In this document: piece by piece, positions 20,509-31,126 of the stretch
Position numbering within the stretch: the first letter of the stretch is position 1
Layout: each line of letters begins with the position of its first letter
NCBI GenBank assembly: GCA_023300575.1
Contig: JALZUT010000081.1
Location: forward strand, 1-54,341
Origin: Olleya sp.
Lineage (GTDB): Bacteria; Bacteroidota; Bacteroidia; Flavobacteriales; Flavobacteriaceae
Direction of reading: 5' to 3'
Length of the DNA: 54,341 bases
Program-made: the position numbers and the translations under genes
The notes under the pieces: model-generated
Databases searched by the model: none
Told to the model about the DNA's origin: nothing
What the model saw: the letters and a program-made list of their open reading frames with translations, nothing else

Positions 20509-20584
20509 TTTTACGCTTAACTATTGATTATTAAATATGTAAATTAAAGTAGAACAAAAAAACAAAAAAAAAATTAAAATAGTG

Positions 20585-20615
20585 TTGTGAGATTAATAAA
20601 TCGTTTCTATATTTG
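20585..20615 (+). promoter_or_regulatory. Promoter of the tRNA genes
   Basis: TTG (20585-20587), 20 nt spacer, TATATTTG (20608-20615). Confidence 0.75.
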
Positions 20616-20633
20616 CACCCTCAAAACAAGGAA

Positions 20634-20706
20634 GACCAGATAGCTCAGTTGGTAGAGCATCTCCCTTTTAAGGAGATGGTCCTGGGTTCGAGCCCCAGTC
20701 TGGTCA
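20634..20706 (+). tRNA. tRNA-Lys (anticodon TTT)
   Basis: Acceptor GACCAGA/TCTGGTC, anticodon arm TCTCC-CTTTTAA-GGAGA, GGTTCGAGCC; CCA not encoded. Confidence 0.97.
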
Positions 20707-20707
20707 C

Positions 20708-20742
20708 AAAAAAAGTTAAGCGTAATGCTTAACTTTTTTTTT
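20708..20742 (+). terminator. Terminator-like hairpin between the two tRNAs
   Basis: AAAAAAAGTTAAGCG-TAA-TGCTTAACTTTTTTTTT. Confidence 0.7.
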
Positions 20743-20760
20743 ACCATTATCTTTCTAAAA

Positions 20761-20845
20761 GCGCACGTGGCGGAATTGGTAGACGCGCTAGCTTGAGGGG
20801 CTAGTAACCGATTAGGTTGTGGAAGTTCGAATCTTCTCGTGCGCA
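20761..20845 (+). tRNA. tRNA-Leu (anticodon GAG)
   Basis: Acceptor GCGCACG/CGTGCGC, anticodon arm CTAGC-TTGAGGG-GCTAG, long variable arm. Confidence 0.97.
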
Positions 20846-20946
20846 CTTCTTAAATTTATATTTCTTAAAAACTTAGTGTTAATTATTTCAAAATGTTTAA
20901 CATATTTTGCTTAAAATTAATTTTGTTTAATTAATTTAGCTAAATA

Positions 20947-21846
20947 ATGAACAATATTAAAAGTAAATTCAGCATAAAAGATCTTGAGAATCTCTCCGGT
21001 ATCAAAGCGCATACCATAAGGATATGGGAAAAACGCTATGATCTTTTTAAACCTAACAGAACCGAAACTAATATTAGATATTACAGTTTAGCAAGCCTTC
21101 AGAAGATATTAAATATTAGCTTTTTAAACAAAAATGGCTATAAAATATCTAAGATTGCTGCCTTAAAAACTGAAGAAATCCCTGCGCTTGTTAGAGAGAT
21201 AGCCGAAAAAAATGATGAATCAAAGAACTCTATCAACAATCTAAAATTAGCGATGATGAATTTTGATCAAGCGCTTTTTTTTAAAACCTATAACGAATTA
21301 ATTTCTGAGCAAAGTTTTCAAGACATATTTTATACTATTTTTGTTCCTTTCCTTGAAGAAATTGGCATGTTATGGCAAACCGATACTATCACTCCTGCTC
21401 ACGAGCATTTTATAGTCGAATTGATTAAACATAAAATTGTAATCAATACTGAAATAGCGTTAAACAAAGCAAAACCCAATACTGAAAAAATAACCTATGT
21501 ATTGTTTTTACCTGATAACGAAGTACATGAGCTTGGTTTACTTTACAGTAATTACGAAGTTATCAATAAAGGGCATCATTGTATTTACCTTGGACAGAGT
21601 GTACCTATAAGAAGTTTAGAGTTTTTATTAACTCAATATAATAATATTAGGTTTGTTTCCTGTTTTACCGTAATGCCTATTAAAAAAGACATTTCTAAAT
21701 ATTTTAAAGAATTTAAGGATAAATTATTAAAAGATAATTCGAACAAACTTATTGTTTCTGGTAGGATGACAGCATTTATTGAAGAAGAAAACAACCAACA
21801 AATATCAATTTTTAAGTCTACAAAGGAATTTGTACAAAGCATATAA
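20947..21846 (+). CDS. MerR-family regulator with cobalamin-binding domain (CarH/LitR-like)
   Basis: MerR HTH (HTIRIWEKRY); W-x9-EH (WQTDTITPAHEH); EVHELG; YLG; directly upstream of crt genes. Confidence 0.88.
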   Translation: MNNIKSKFSIKDLENLSGIKAHTIRIWEKRYDLFKPNRTETNIRYYSLASLQKILNISFLNKNGYKISKIAALKTEEIPALVREIAEKNDESKNSINNLKLAMMNFDQALFFKTYNELISEQSFQDIFYTIFVPFLEEIGMLWQTDTITPAHEHFIVELIKHKIVINTEIALNKAKPNTEKITYVLFLPDNEVHELGLLYSNYEVINKGHHCIYLGQSVPIRSLEFLLTQYNNIRFVSCFTVMPIKKDISKYFKEFKDKLLKDNSNKLIVSGRMTAFIEEENNQQISIFKSTKEFVQSI

Positions 21847-21860
21847 GTAGTTATATTTAA

Positions 21861-23324
21861 ATGAATAAAAAAATAGCAATTATTGGTTCTGGTTTTTCAG
21901 CACTATCTGCATCCTGTTATTTAGCAAAAAACGGAAATAGTGTTTCTGTATTTGAAAAAAACGATACTGTTGGTGGACGTTGTAGACAATTAAAAAAAGA
22001 AGGCTTTACATTTGATATTGGTCCAAGTTGGTACTGGATGCCTGATGTTTTTGATACTTTTTTTGCGGATTTTGACAAAAAAACATCAGACTACTATCAA
22101 TTAGACAAGCTAAGTCCAGCCTATAAAATATTTTTTAAAGATGAAGTCATCACAATAGGTGACACTTTAGATAAGATTTGCGAAGAGTTTGATCGTATAG
22201 AACCCGGAAGCTCTATTGCTTTAAAAAAATTCATCTCTAAAGCGCAAACACATTACGATATAGCAATCAATAAAGTGGTTTTAAAGCCAGGTGTTTCCCC
22301 TTTTGAATTGGTTACTAAAGAAACAGTCTCAAGAGTTGATCAATTCTTTAAAACTATTAGTGGTGATGTTAGAAAGCATTTTAAAAACCCTAAATTAATT
22401 TCAACTTTAGAATTCCCTGTCTTATTTTTAGGAGCAAAACCAAGTAGCACACCTTCATTCTATAGTTTTATGAACTATGCCGATTTTGGTTTAGGCACTT
22501 GGCATCCTAAAGGTGGAATGTATGAAATTATAAAAGCTATGAAAACTTTAGCAAAAAGTTTAGGCGTAACAATACATACAAATAGTCCAGTTTCAAAAAT
22601 AAACGTAACAAATAAAAAAGCAACTTCTATTGTTGTCAATGATAAAACTTTAGAATTTGATATTGTTTTAAGTGGTGCAGACTATCATCACTCAGAAACC
22701 TTGTTAGATCAACAATACAGACAATATTCTGAAAAATATTGGAGCAAAAAAACATTTGCACCTTCCTCTCTTCTATTTTATATTGGATTTGATAAAAAAC
22801 TAAAAAACATTCAGCATCACAATTTGTTCTTTGATACTAATTTTGAAACACATGCCGAAGATATATACGATAATCCGAAGTGGCCAAAAGACCCTTTGTT
22901 TTATGCTAATTTTCCTTCAGAAACAGATGCTAGTATGGCTCCTAAAGGATGCGAAACGGGTTTCTTTTTAATTCCAATAGCACCAGGCATAGAAGACACA
23001 CCACAACTAAGAGTACAATATTTTGACATTATTATGAAACGTTTTGAAAATTTAACACGCCAAAATGTTACAAATAATATTATCTTTAAAGAGTCTTTTT
23101 GTGTCAAAGACTTTATTAAAGAATACAATTCTTACAAAGGAAATGCTTACGGAATGGCTAATACGCTTTTACAAACTGCGTTTTTAAGACCAAAATTAAA
23201 AAGTAAAAAAATAAATAATCTTTACTTTACTGGTCAGCTTACTGTACCTGGACCAGGTGTACCACCAGCACTAATATCTGGAAAATTAGTAGCAGAATTA
23301 ATCACTAAACACCATAAAAACTAA
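21861..23324 (+). CDS. crtI: Phytoene desaturase
   Basis: IGSGFS FAD motif, FDIGPSW, PGPGVP. Confidence 0.93.
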   Translation: MNKKIAIIGSGFSALSASCYLAKNGNSVSVFEKNDTVGGRCRQLKKEGFTFDIGPSWYWMPDVFDTFFADFDKKTSDYYQLDKLSPAYKIFFKDEVITIGDTLDKICEEFDRIEPGSSIALKKFISKAQTHYDIAINKVVLKPGVSPFELVTKETVSRVDQFFKTISGDVRKHFKNPKLISTLEFPVLFLGAKPSSTPSFYSFMNYADFGLGTWHPKGGMYEIIKAMKTLAKSLGVTIHTNSPVSKINVTNKKATSIVVNDKTLEFDIVLSGADYHHSETLLDQQYRQYSEKYWSKKTFAPSSLLFYIGFDKKLKNIQHHNLFFDTNFETHAEDIYDNPKWPKDPLFYANFPSETDASMAPKGCETGFFLIPIAPGIEDTPQLRVQYFDIIMKRFENLTRQNVTNNIIFKESFCVKDFIKEYNSYKGNAYGMANTLLQTAFLRPKLKSKKINNLYFTGQLTVPGPGVPPALISGKLVAELITKHHKN

Positions 23325-23326
23325 AA

Positions 23327-24166
23327 ATGAAAGCATTATTTGATTCTGTATCTTACGATTGTAGTAAAGTGGTAACTAAATCTTACAGCACTTCGTTTTC
23401 TTTAGCTACAAAAATGCTTTCGGACACAATCAGACAGGATATTTACAATATTTATGGTTTTGTAAGATTTGCAGACGAAATTGTAGACACCTTTCATGAG
23501 TACAATAAAAAAGAATTATTTGAACGTTTTGAAGACGATTTAGAATTTGCTTTACAAGAAAAAATAAGCTTAAACCCTATACTTAATGCGTTTCAGCATA
23601 CATACCATAAGTGTAATATTGACAAACATATGGTAGATTCTTTTATGAAAAGTATGCGTTTAGATTTATCAAAATCTAAATACGAAACCGAACAAGAATA
23701 CAAAGATTATATCTATGGATCTGCAGATGTTGTAGGTTTAATGTGTTTAAAAGTCTTTGTAAAAGGCGATCAGATAATGTATGACGACTTAAAAGATACT
23801 GCAATGTCATTAGGTTCTGCATTTCAGAAAGTTAATTTTTTACGCGACTTAAAAGCTGATCATGAATTGCTAGACAGGACTTACTTTCCAAATACAGATT
23901 TAGTAAATCTGACAGAGGAAGACAAACAATTAATTATTAAAGACATAGAAAATGATTTTAATAATGGTCTGGTAGGTATTAAAAAACTACCAATAGAAGC
24001 AAAATTTGGTGTGTTTATGGCATATCGTTATTACAATCAGTTACTTAAAAAATTAAAGAAAACTCCAGCTTTAGAAATTAAAAATGCACGTATTAGAGTT
24101 CCTAATTATAAAAAGGCAGAGCTTTTAACACGTAGTTACATTAAATATCAACTTAACTTATTATAA
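23327..24166 (+). CDS. crtB: Phytoene synthase
   Basis: YSTSF, RFADEIVD, NFLRD. Confidence 0.95.
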   Translation: MKALFDSVSYDCSKVVTKSYSTSFSLATKMLSDTIRQDIYNIYGFVRFADEIVDTFHEYNKKELFERFEDDLEFALQEKISLNPILNAFQHTYHKCNIDKHMVDSFMKSMRLDLSKSKYETEQEYKDYIYGSADVVGLMCLKVFVKGDQIMYDDLKDTAMSLGSAFQKVNFLRDLKADHELLDRTYFPNTDLVNLTEEDKQLIIKDIENDFNNGLVGIKKLPIEAKFGVFMAYRYYNQLLKKLKKTPALEIKNARIRVPNYKKAELLTRSYIKYQLNLL

Positions 24167-24168
24167 AA

Positions 24169-24618
24169 ATGCAAGTAGTATATTGGATATTAGTTTTTGT
24201 CGGCACTTTTAGTGCAATGGAATTTATGGCTTGGTTTACACACAAGTATGTTATGCATGGTTTTTTATGGTCCTTACATAAAGACCATCATCATAAAAAT
24301 CATGACAGTTGGTTTGAACGCAATGATGCTTTTTTTATATTTTACGCACTAGTAAGTATGACCTGTTTTTATCTTTGGAGTTATGAAGGTATTTGGTATT
24401 GCCTACCTATTGGTTTAGGTATAATGTCTTATGGGGCAGCTTACTTTTTAGTTCATGACATCTTTATACACCAACGTTTCAAAATATTTAGAAACGCTAA
24501 TAATTGGTACGCAAAAGGAGTTAGACGTGCGCACAAAATACACCACAAACATTTAGGAAAAGGAGATGGAGAATGTTTTGGGATGTTGTTTGTACCTTTT
24601 AAATACTTCAAAAGATAA
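24169..24618 (+). CDS. crtZ: Beta-carotene hydroxylase
   Basis: HKYVMH, HKDHH, FERND, HDIFIHQR, HKIHH boxes. Confidence 0.93.
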   Translation: MQVVYWILVFVGTFSAMEFMAWFTHKYVMHGFLWSLHKDHHHKNHDSWFERNDAFFIFYALVSMTCFYLWSYEGIWYCLPIGLGIMSYGAAYFLVHDIFIHQRFKIFRNANNWYAKGVRRAHKIHHKHLGKGDGECFGMLFVPFKYFKR

Positions 24619-24629
24619 TATAAATTAGT

Positions 24630-25772
24630 ATGCTAAAAAACCATTATGATTACATAATAGTTGGTAATGGACTTGCAGGTCTACAACTTGCTTTAGCATT
24701 AAGTAAAGACCTTTTTTTTAAAGAAAAGCAAATCGCATTAATAGATCCTTCTACAAAAACAACGAACGATAAAACATGGAGTTTCTGGGAAACTAAAACC
24801 AGCAAATGGAACCCTATAACGCATCAAAAATGGCAAAAAGCAAAAGTCATTACATCTAAAAAAAATATTGAGCTAAATCTTGATCCTTATATCTACAAAA
24901 CCATTCGTGCAATAGATTTTTATACTGAAGCTATAGCACAACTCAGTCCGCTAGACAATATCCATTTTTTAGTTGAACACGTCACGTCTGTTACTGAAAA
25001 CGAAACTGTTTTGGTGACGACCAAAACGAATAACTATACTGCTAATCACGTTTTTGATAGTCATATTACAGACAATATTAACTCAAAATTATCTGATTAT
25101 ATAAGCATTACGCAACATTTTAAGGGTTGGGTTATTAAAACCAAAACCGATTGTTTTGAAGAAGATACTGTAACTATGATGGATTACCGTTTAAAAGATG
25201 GCAATCAAACTACTTTTAATTATGTATTACCATTTTCTAAGCGAGAAGCCTTAGTAGAATTTACTTATTTTACAGAAAACGTAGTTGAAGAGCAAGTTTA
25301 CGATACTTACCTAAAAAAATACATTAAAGACTATTTAAAGATTGACAATTACCAAATTGTTGAAACCGAAATTGGTCAGATACCAATGACTAACTTTCCG
25401 TTTGACAAATACAATACAGAAAAGGTCACCAAAATTGGTACAGCTGGTGGTTGGGTTAAAGGAAGTACAGGTTATAGTTTTAAACACACAGAAAATAAAG
25501 TTAACAAACTTATTACCAATTTAAAAGCTAATCAAACGCCTTCTAAAGGTCTTTTTAAATCTAAATACACCTTTTATGATAAAGTGTTTTTAAAAGTTTT
25601 AAAAGATGAAAACCATAAAGGAGAATGGATCTTCGAGCAGTTTTATAATAAAAACACAATACAAACAATGTTTCGATTTTTAGATGAAGAATCAACTTTT
25701 AAAGAAGAATTAAAAGTGATGTGGTCTTTATTTTCTTGGAGTTTTATTAAAGCCTTTTTTAAAACGCTTTAA
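24630..25772 (+). CDS. crtY: Lycopene beta-cyclase
   Basis: GNGLAG, NDKTWSFW, MMDYR, E.G.IPM, STGYSF. Confidence 0.88.
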   Translation: MLKNHYDYIIVGNGLAGLQLALALSKDLFFKEKQIALIDPSTKTTNDKTWSFWETKTSKWNPITHQKWQKAKVITSKKNIELNLDPYIYKTIRAIDFYTEAIAQLSPLDNIHFLVEHVTSVTENETVLVTTKTNNYTANHVFDSHITDNINSKLSDYISITQHFKGWVIKTKTDCFEEDTVTMMDYRLKDGNQTTFNYVLPFSKREALVEFTYFTENVVEEQVYDTYLKKYIKDYLKIDNYQIVETEIGQIPMTNFPFDKYNTEKVTKIGTAGGWVKGSTGYSFKHTENKVNKLITNLKANQTPSKGLFKSKYTFYDKVFLKVLKDENHKGEWIFEQFYNKNTIQTMFRFLDEESTFKEELKVMWSLFSWSFIKAFFKTL

Positions 25773-26335
25773 TTATCCAACAACCCATCAATAGTTCTTC
25801 TTACCTTCTCACTATTCCAATTTGCAGCACCAGACTTATCAATCACAACGTTTCCGTTTTTATCAATCAAGAAGTTTCTTGGGATGCTTCTTACTTCAAA
25901 TAATGGATTTGAAGAAGCTTGACTAGGTTTATATACATTAAAGGTGTAATTGTTTTTCCTTAAAAATGCTGAAACTACTTGCTGCTTTTCATTTGATATA
26001 AACACAAATTCTATTTTATCTTTATAATCATTATGTAGTTTTTGCATACTTGGTAATTCTGCAATACAAGGTGGACACCATGTTGCCCAAAAGCTAACTA
26101 GCGTGACTTTTTTTTCCGCTTGACGGAAATTATAAGGCTCATTATTTAAATCGGTTAATACCCAGTTATAATTAGCTATTACAGCTCTATCTGTTTCATT
26201 TTCTACTCCTGGCGAAAATAGAGCCAAACCTTTATGCAATTGTACTTGAATAAATTGTCGCGTAGTTGGTATAATTAGAAGTGCTAAAAACAATCCAAAT
26301 AAGATGTTTTTTAGGTTTAAATCAGTTTTTTTCAT
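25769..26335 (-). CDS. TlpA-family disulfide reductase
   Basis: FWATWCPPCIAE; N-terminal anchor. Confidence 0.9.
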   Translation of the reverse strand: MKKTDLNLKNILFGLFLALLIIPTTRQFIQVQLHKGLALFSPGVENETDRAVIANYNWVLTDLNNEPYNFRQAEKKVTLVSFWATWCPPCIAELPSMQKLHNDYKDKIEFVFISNEKQQVVSAFLRKNNYTFNVYKPSQASSNPLFEVRSIPRNFLIDKNGNVVIDKSGAANWNSEKVRRTIDGLLDN

Positions 26336-26478
26336 GTGTTATTATTTGTTTTTTTAGATCACATCCTGTTCGCCTTTACTTTTTCTTTAAAATGATAAAC
26401 TATTTATCAGGATAATTTTATAGTTCTAAAAATTAATGAAGCGCCTTCTGTAAAAAGAAAAGGCGATTTATATCTAAT

Positions 26479-26507
26479 AAAAAAACCATAGCAAATACTA
26501 TGGTTTT
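26479..26507 (-). terminator. Terminator after the Crp/Fnr gene
   Basis: AAAACCATAG-CAAATA-CTATGGTTTT with A tract on the left. Confidence 0.75.
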
Positions 26508-26533
26508 AACTAATATATTATGTGATTTAAAAT

Positions 26534-27205
26534 TTATGCTGTTGCTTTGTAAATTCTTATTTCTTTCCCTCTAAATTCTAAAACATTTTCTTCTTTTAAC
26601 TCATTTAAAAGCGTATTTAAGGTTGGCCTTGATGTACCTATTAAAGAGGCAATATCTTTTTGTGTATAAGGATGTATAACTATATGATCTCCTGTTTTTG
26701 GACAATCATATCCAAACTCTGCACATAGTTCATCTAAAAACTCAATTAATCGCGTTTTAGTGTCTTTAAACATTAAAAGCTGAAGCCTTCGTTCTAATTT
26801 TTTTAATTTTAATCCTATAAATTTATAGACTTTAAAACTAAAAGTTTGATTATTACGCATCAAATCATGCATAGTATCTACACTTATTGGACAAATAGAA
26901 GTGGTATTATCTATAGATTGTGCAAAATCATCTCGCTTTACTTGACCTAAAATAGCTTTTTCTCCAAAGAGTTGCCCCTTAGATAAAATAGCTTTCACTA
27001 TTTCTTCTCCACCTTCATTGTAATAACCAATTTTTACTTTTCCTTTTTCTATAAGAAATACTTTGTTGGCAAAGTCTTCAGTAAAATAGATGTAATCTTT
27101 CTTTTTATAAGCATCAAAATCGTGATCTTTTTTATATGCTTTAAACTTATGAGGACATAACATCTTAAAAAGATTGGTGTCTTCAAAAAACCAAAGTGAA
27201 TTCAT
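26534..27205 (-). CDS. Crp/Fnr family transcriptional regulator
   Basis: GKVKI, GQLFGE cNMP-like domain; TQKDIASLIGTSRPT HTH. Confidence 0.92.
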   Translation of the reverse strand: MNSLWFFEDTNLFKMLCPHKFKAYKKDHDFDAYKKKDYIYFTEDFANKVFLIEKGKVKIGYYNEGGEEIVKAILSKGQLFGEKAILGQVKRDDFAQSIDNTTSICPISVDTMHDLMRNNQTFSFKVYKFIGLKLKKLERRLQLLMFKDTKTRLIEFLDELCAEFGYDCPKTGDHIVIHPYTQKDIASLIGTSRPTLNTLLNELKEENVLEFRGKEIRIYKATA

Positions 27206-27268
27206 AATTTATGATTTATTAGATTGATTTATAGTCGAAATCCTTTATAAATTCTTACAATAAAAAGC

Positions 27269-27302
27269 AAAAAAACTCCTAAACGTTAATTTAGGAGTTT
27301 TT
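27269..27302 (-). terminator. Terminator after aconitase
   Basis: AAAAACTCCTAAA-CGTTAA-TTTAGGAGTTTTT. Confidence 0.85.
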
Positions 27303-27321
27303 ATATTATGAATCTTGAAGT

Positions 27322-29589
27322 TTATGCGTTTTCTTTTTTAATTAAGTTAAGCGCACTTCCTTCGTTATACCAGTCTATTTGAGATTGGTTATACGTATGA
27401 TTTACTTCTATAACATTTTTAGTACCATCTGCATGGACAAACTCTATATTTAAAGTTTTTCCTGGAGTAAATACTTCTAAATCTAGGAAATTGATTGTAT
27501 CATCTTCTTGGATTAGGTCGTAATCACTTTCATTAACAAATGTCAACCCTAACATACCTTGTTTTTTAAGGTTTGTTTCGTGTATACGTGCAAAAGACTT
27601 TACTATAACAGCAGCAACACCTAAATGTCTTGGTTGCATAGCTGCGTGTTCACGAGAAGATCCTTCTCCATAATTATGATCTCCTACAACAATTGTATGG
27701 ATACCCGCAGCCTTATAAGCTCTAGCTGTGTCAGGTACACCTCCATATTCTCCTGTTAATTGATTTTTAACGAAATTAGTTTTTTTACCAAAAGCATTAA
27801 CTGCTCCTATCAAAGTATTATTTGCAATATTATCTAAATGTCCTCTAAAACGTAACCAAGGTCCAGCCATACTAATATGGTCGGTTGTACATTTTCCAAA
27901 CGCTTTAATTAATAATTTTGCTCCTGAAACAGAACTTCCAATTGGCTCAAAAGGAGTTAGTAATTGCAAACGCTCTGATTTTGAAGCTACTTTAACCACT
28001 ACACCACTTCCATCTTCATCTGGTGCTAAAAAACCAGCATCTTCTACAGCAAAACCTTTAGGAGGTAATTCCCATCCTGTAGGCTCGTCAAACATTACTT
28101 CTTGACCATCCTCATTTATTAACTTATCTGTTAAAGGATTAAAGTCTAAACGACCAGCAATTGCAATAGCTGCAGTTATTTCTGGCGAAGCAACAAACGC
28201 ATGTGTGTTTGGATTACCATCTGCACGTTTGGCAAAGTTTCTATTAAAAGAATGTACAATACTATTTTTTGGTGCGTTTTTAGGATCGCTATATCTAGCC
28301 CATTGTCCAATACAAGGTCCGCAAGCATTAGTAAATATTTTAGCATCTAGTTTTTCAAAAACACCTAAAATACCATCTCTATCTGCTGTATAACGTACTT
28401 GTTCTGATCCTGGATTGATACCAAGTTCAGATTTCATTTTTAATCCTTTATCTAAAGCCTGTTGAGCTATTGATGATGCACGAGATAAATCTTCATAGGA
28501 CGAGTTAGTACAAGACCCGATTAATCCCCATTCTACATTTAATGGCCAATCGTTAACTTTAGCAGTTTCATTCATTTTATTACCAACTGGTGTTGATAAA
28601 TCTGGAGTAAAAGGTCCGTTTAATAATGGTCCTAATTCTGATAAATTAATATCAATTACTTGATCAAAATATTGTTCTGGATTTGCATACACTTCAGCAT
28701 CTCCTGTTAAATAATCTTTTATTTTATTTGCTTCGTCTGCAACATCTGCTCTACCTGTAGCGCGCAAATAACGTTCCATAGACTCGTCATAACCAAAAGT
28801 AGAAGTAGTAGCACCAATTTCGGCACCCATATTACATATAGTTCCTTTTCCTGTACAAGACATTGCTGTTGCACCAGGTCCAAAATATTCTACTATAGCA
28901 CCTGTTCCTCCTTTTGCAGAAACGATACCAGCTACTTTTAAAATAACATCTTTTGGTGCAGTCCAACCTGATAATTTACCTGTTAAATTAACACCAATTA
29001 ATTTAGGGAATTTAAGCTCCCAAGCCATTCCAGCCATAACATCTACTGCATCTGCACCTCCAACTCCAATAGCAACCATACCTAAACCACCTGCATTTAC
29101 AGTGTGAGAATCTGTACCAATCATCATTCCTCCAGGAAATGCATAATTTTCTAATACTACTTGGTGGATAATTCCAGCTCCAGGTTTCCAAAAACCGATA
29201 CCAAATTTATTAGATACTGACTCTAAAAAGTTAAAGACTTCACTACTTACATCATTTGCATGTTTTAAATCTGTAGTTGCACCTTCTTTAGCTTGGATTA
29301 AGTGATCACAATGTACTGTTGTAGGCACTGCTACTTTAGATTTTCCGGCTTGCATAAATTGCAATAAAGCCATTTGTGCAGTCGCATCTTGACATGCAAT
29401 TCTATCTGGAGCAAAATCTACATAATCTGCACCTCTTGTAAAGGCTTTATTAGGAGTACCATCCCATAAATGTGAATATAAAATCTTTTCAGAAAGTGTT
29501 AAAGGTTTCCCAACTACTTCACGTGCTTTGTCTACACGATCTGTTATTTGGTTATACACCTTTTTTATCATGTCAATATCGAATGCCAT
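27322..29589 (-). CDS. Aconitate hydratase (mitochondrial-type)
   Basis: [42 protein letters not shown]. Confidence 0.96.
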   Translation of the reverse strand: MAFDIDMIKKVYNQITDRVDKAREVVGKPLTLSEKILYSHLWDGTPNKAFTRGADYVDFAPDRIACQDATAQMALLQFMQAGKSKVAVPTTVHCDHLIQAKEGATTDLKHANDVSSEVFNFLESVSNKFGIGFWKPGAGIIHQVVLENYAFPGGMMIGTDSHTVNAGGLGMVAIGVGGADAVDVMAGMAWELKFPKLIGVNLTGKLSGWTAPKDVILKVAGIVSAKGGTGAIVEYFGPGATAMSCTGKGTICNMGAEIGATTSTFGYDESMERYLRATGRADVADEANKIKDYLTGDAEVYANPEQYFDQVIDINLSELGPLLNGPFTPDLSTPVGNKMNETAKVNDWPLNVEWGLIGSCTNSSYEDLSRASSIAQQALDKGLKMKSELGINPGSEQVRYTADRDGILGVFEKLDAKIFTNACGPCIGQWARYSDPKNAPKNSIVHSFNRNFAKRADGNPNTHAFVASPEITAAIAIAGRLDFNPLTDKLINEDGQEVMFDEPTGWELPPKGFAVEDAGFLAPDEDGSGVVVKVASKSERLQLLTPFEPIGSSVSGAKLLIKAFGKCTTDHISMAGPWLRFRGHLDNIANNTLIGAVNAFGKKTNFVKNQLTGEYGGVPDTARAYKAAGIHTIVVGDHNYGEGSSREHAAMQPRHLGVAAVIVKSFARIHETNLKKQGMLGLTFVNESDYDLIQEDDTINFLDLEVFTPGKTLNIEFVHADGTKNVIEVNHTYNQSQIDWYNEGSALNLIKKENA

Positions 29590-29781
29590 ATCGTCTTTTT
29601 TAAGGGTTATTTTTCTATTAAACTGTCTTGCGAAATTACAATAAATTAAAGAGTTTTAAAAACATATAATTAAATTGAAGAATCATTACGTATAACGCAA
29701 AAAATTGAAGAAATACAAGCCTAAAGCTATTGAATCAACAATTTTATAGGTAATAAAATATTAAATTATCAAACCTTTAAA

Positions 29782-30921
29782 CTAAAACGATTTCGTGAAT
29801 TTGAAAGATTCTCTGAATTTAAGGATTGGTTTTTCAAAATATTTGAATATTAATGCTGAAATACTAAACGTAAGTATCCAAAATAAAATTAGTAAACTTA
29901 CTTTTTCAATACTTGTTAAAATTGAAACATTTATAAATTGCTTTAAGCTTAACAATACTATAGAATAGTTGATTAAATAGATAGAATACGACCATAAACT
30001 AATCTTTGTGATTGTCTTAGAGAATAAGTGACCTTTTTGCCAATTTGAAAACATTGGAAATGTTAACAAAATAGATATTGAGATTAAAGCTAAATACCAC
30101 ACATTAAAAAAGAAAGAAAACACATTAGGTTCTAACTGGTTTTGATAGATATAAAAATGAACTCCTAAAAACAAAATAACTCCTAAACTAAAGCTTATCC
30201 ATCTGTATTGTTTCCATAATTGCGCATAATAAATACTAATGAAAGCACCAATAAACCCATAAAAAATACTGTCTATTCTATAAACAACTACTTTTCTAAG
30301 TGTTTTACTCCACGAAATTTCTGTTGGTATTGCTGTAAAACTTATATGAAAAACATAACGGTTTAAAGTAAAAAACAAAATAGTTAATAAAGTAACTATT
30401 AAAAATGTCCATTTATTATTTTTTTTTAAAACAAATCCTGAAATCATTATTAAAATTGGACCAACTAAATAGGCTAACTCTTCTATTGATAGACTCCATG
30501 ACTCTGTAAAGAAATCTGGATGTTCTTGGTTAAAATTTTGAAAAAAGAAGACGAATTTATACAATTGTTTTGGTGTTTCGTTATTAAAAACAAATAACAA
30601 CACAATATTTATAAGTAAAACTAGATAATAATTTGGTAAGGTTCTAAACCAACGTCGCATCCAGAATTGTATGAAATGTTTTAACGTCGTTTGCTTTGCT
30701 TCTATATGTTTGATTAGTATTGTACCGATTAAAAACCCACTTAATACAAAAAAAATATCTACACCTATAGTGCCAAAAAACTGAATAGATTTTACTAAAG
30801 TTGTATTAGATTTTGGAACTAATAAAATTGTAGAATGTGAGCAAAGAATAAGTAAAATAGCAATTGCTCTAACAACATCTAAACCAAATACCCTGAGTTT
30901 GTATGTTGATATGGGTTTCAA
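29782..30921 (-). CDS. Acyltransferase-3 (OafA-like) membrane O-acyltransferase
   Basis: GLDVVRAIA, GVDIFFVLSGFLI, RRWFRTLP, WSLSIEE, SYSIYL. Confidence 0.9.
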   Translation of the reverse strand: MKPISTYKLRVFGLDVVRAIAILLILCSHSTILLVPKSNTTLVKSIQFFGTIGVDIFFVLSGFLIGTILIKHIEAKQTTLKHFIQFWMRRWFRTLPNYYLVLLINIVLLFVFNNETPKQLYKFVFFFQNFNQEHPDFFTESWSLSIEELAYLVGPILIMISGFVLKKNNKWTFLIVTLLTILFFTLNRYVFHISFTAIPTEISWSKTLRKVVVYRIDSIFYGFIGAFISIYYAQLWKQYRWISFSLGVILFLGVHFYIYQNQLEPNVFSFFFNVWYLALISISILLTFPMFSNWQKGHLFSKTITKISLWSYSIYLINYSIVLLSLKQFINVSILTSIEKVSLLILFWILTFSISALIFKYFEKPILKFRESFKFTKSF

Positions 30922-30930
30922 TAAAAAAAA

Positions 30931-31125
30931 TTAAGATTTTTGTCTAGAAATTTTTATCAATTTTATAATTGCTAAAAATAAAGCTGTAAACTCCAGAAAT
31001 GTACCAATAGTTAATAGTAGACTCCCATTTGGCAAACGCTGTATTTTAAATAAAGCACCTGTTATTGTAAATCCGATTCCTGCTAACAATAAAATTAAAG
31101 GTAGAATAAATTGCTTTAAATTCAT
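30931..31125 (-). CDS. Small two-TM GldL-N-terminus-like protein
   Basis: GALFKI motif between two hydrophobic helices; 1 bp after moxR stop. Confidence 0.7.
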   Translation of the reverse strand: MNLKQFILPLILLLAGIGFTITGALFKIQRLPNGSLLLTIGTFLEFTALFLAIIKLIKISRQKS

Positions 31126-31126
31126 T

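Noticed and set aside
20607-20846. 79-aa ORF on the minus strand
   Set aside because: Antisense to tRNA-Lys and tRNA-Leu; typical shadow ORF.
20870-20946. CarH operator upstream of the MerR gene
   Set aside because: TGTTTAA-like words recur but not with the 11-bp direct-repeat spacing known for CarH; too AT-rich to call.
20634-26335. Genomic island integrated at tRNA-Leu carrying the crt cluster
   Set aside because: No integrase, no duplicated tRNA 3' end seen, composition like the flanks.
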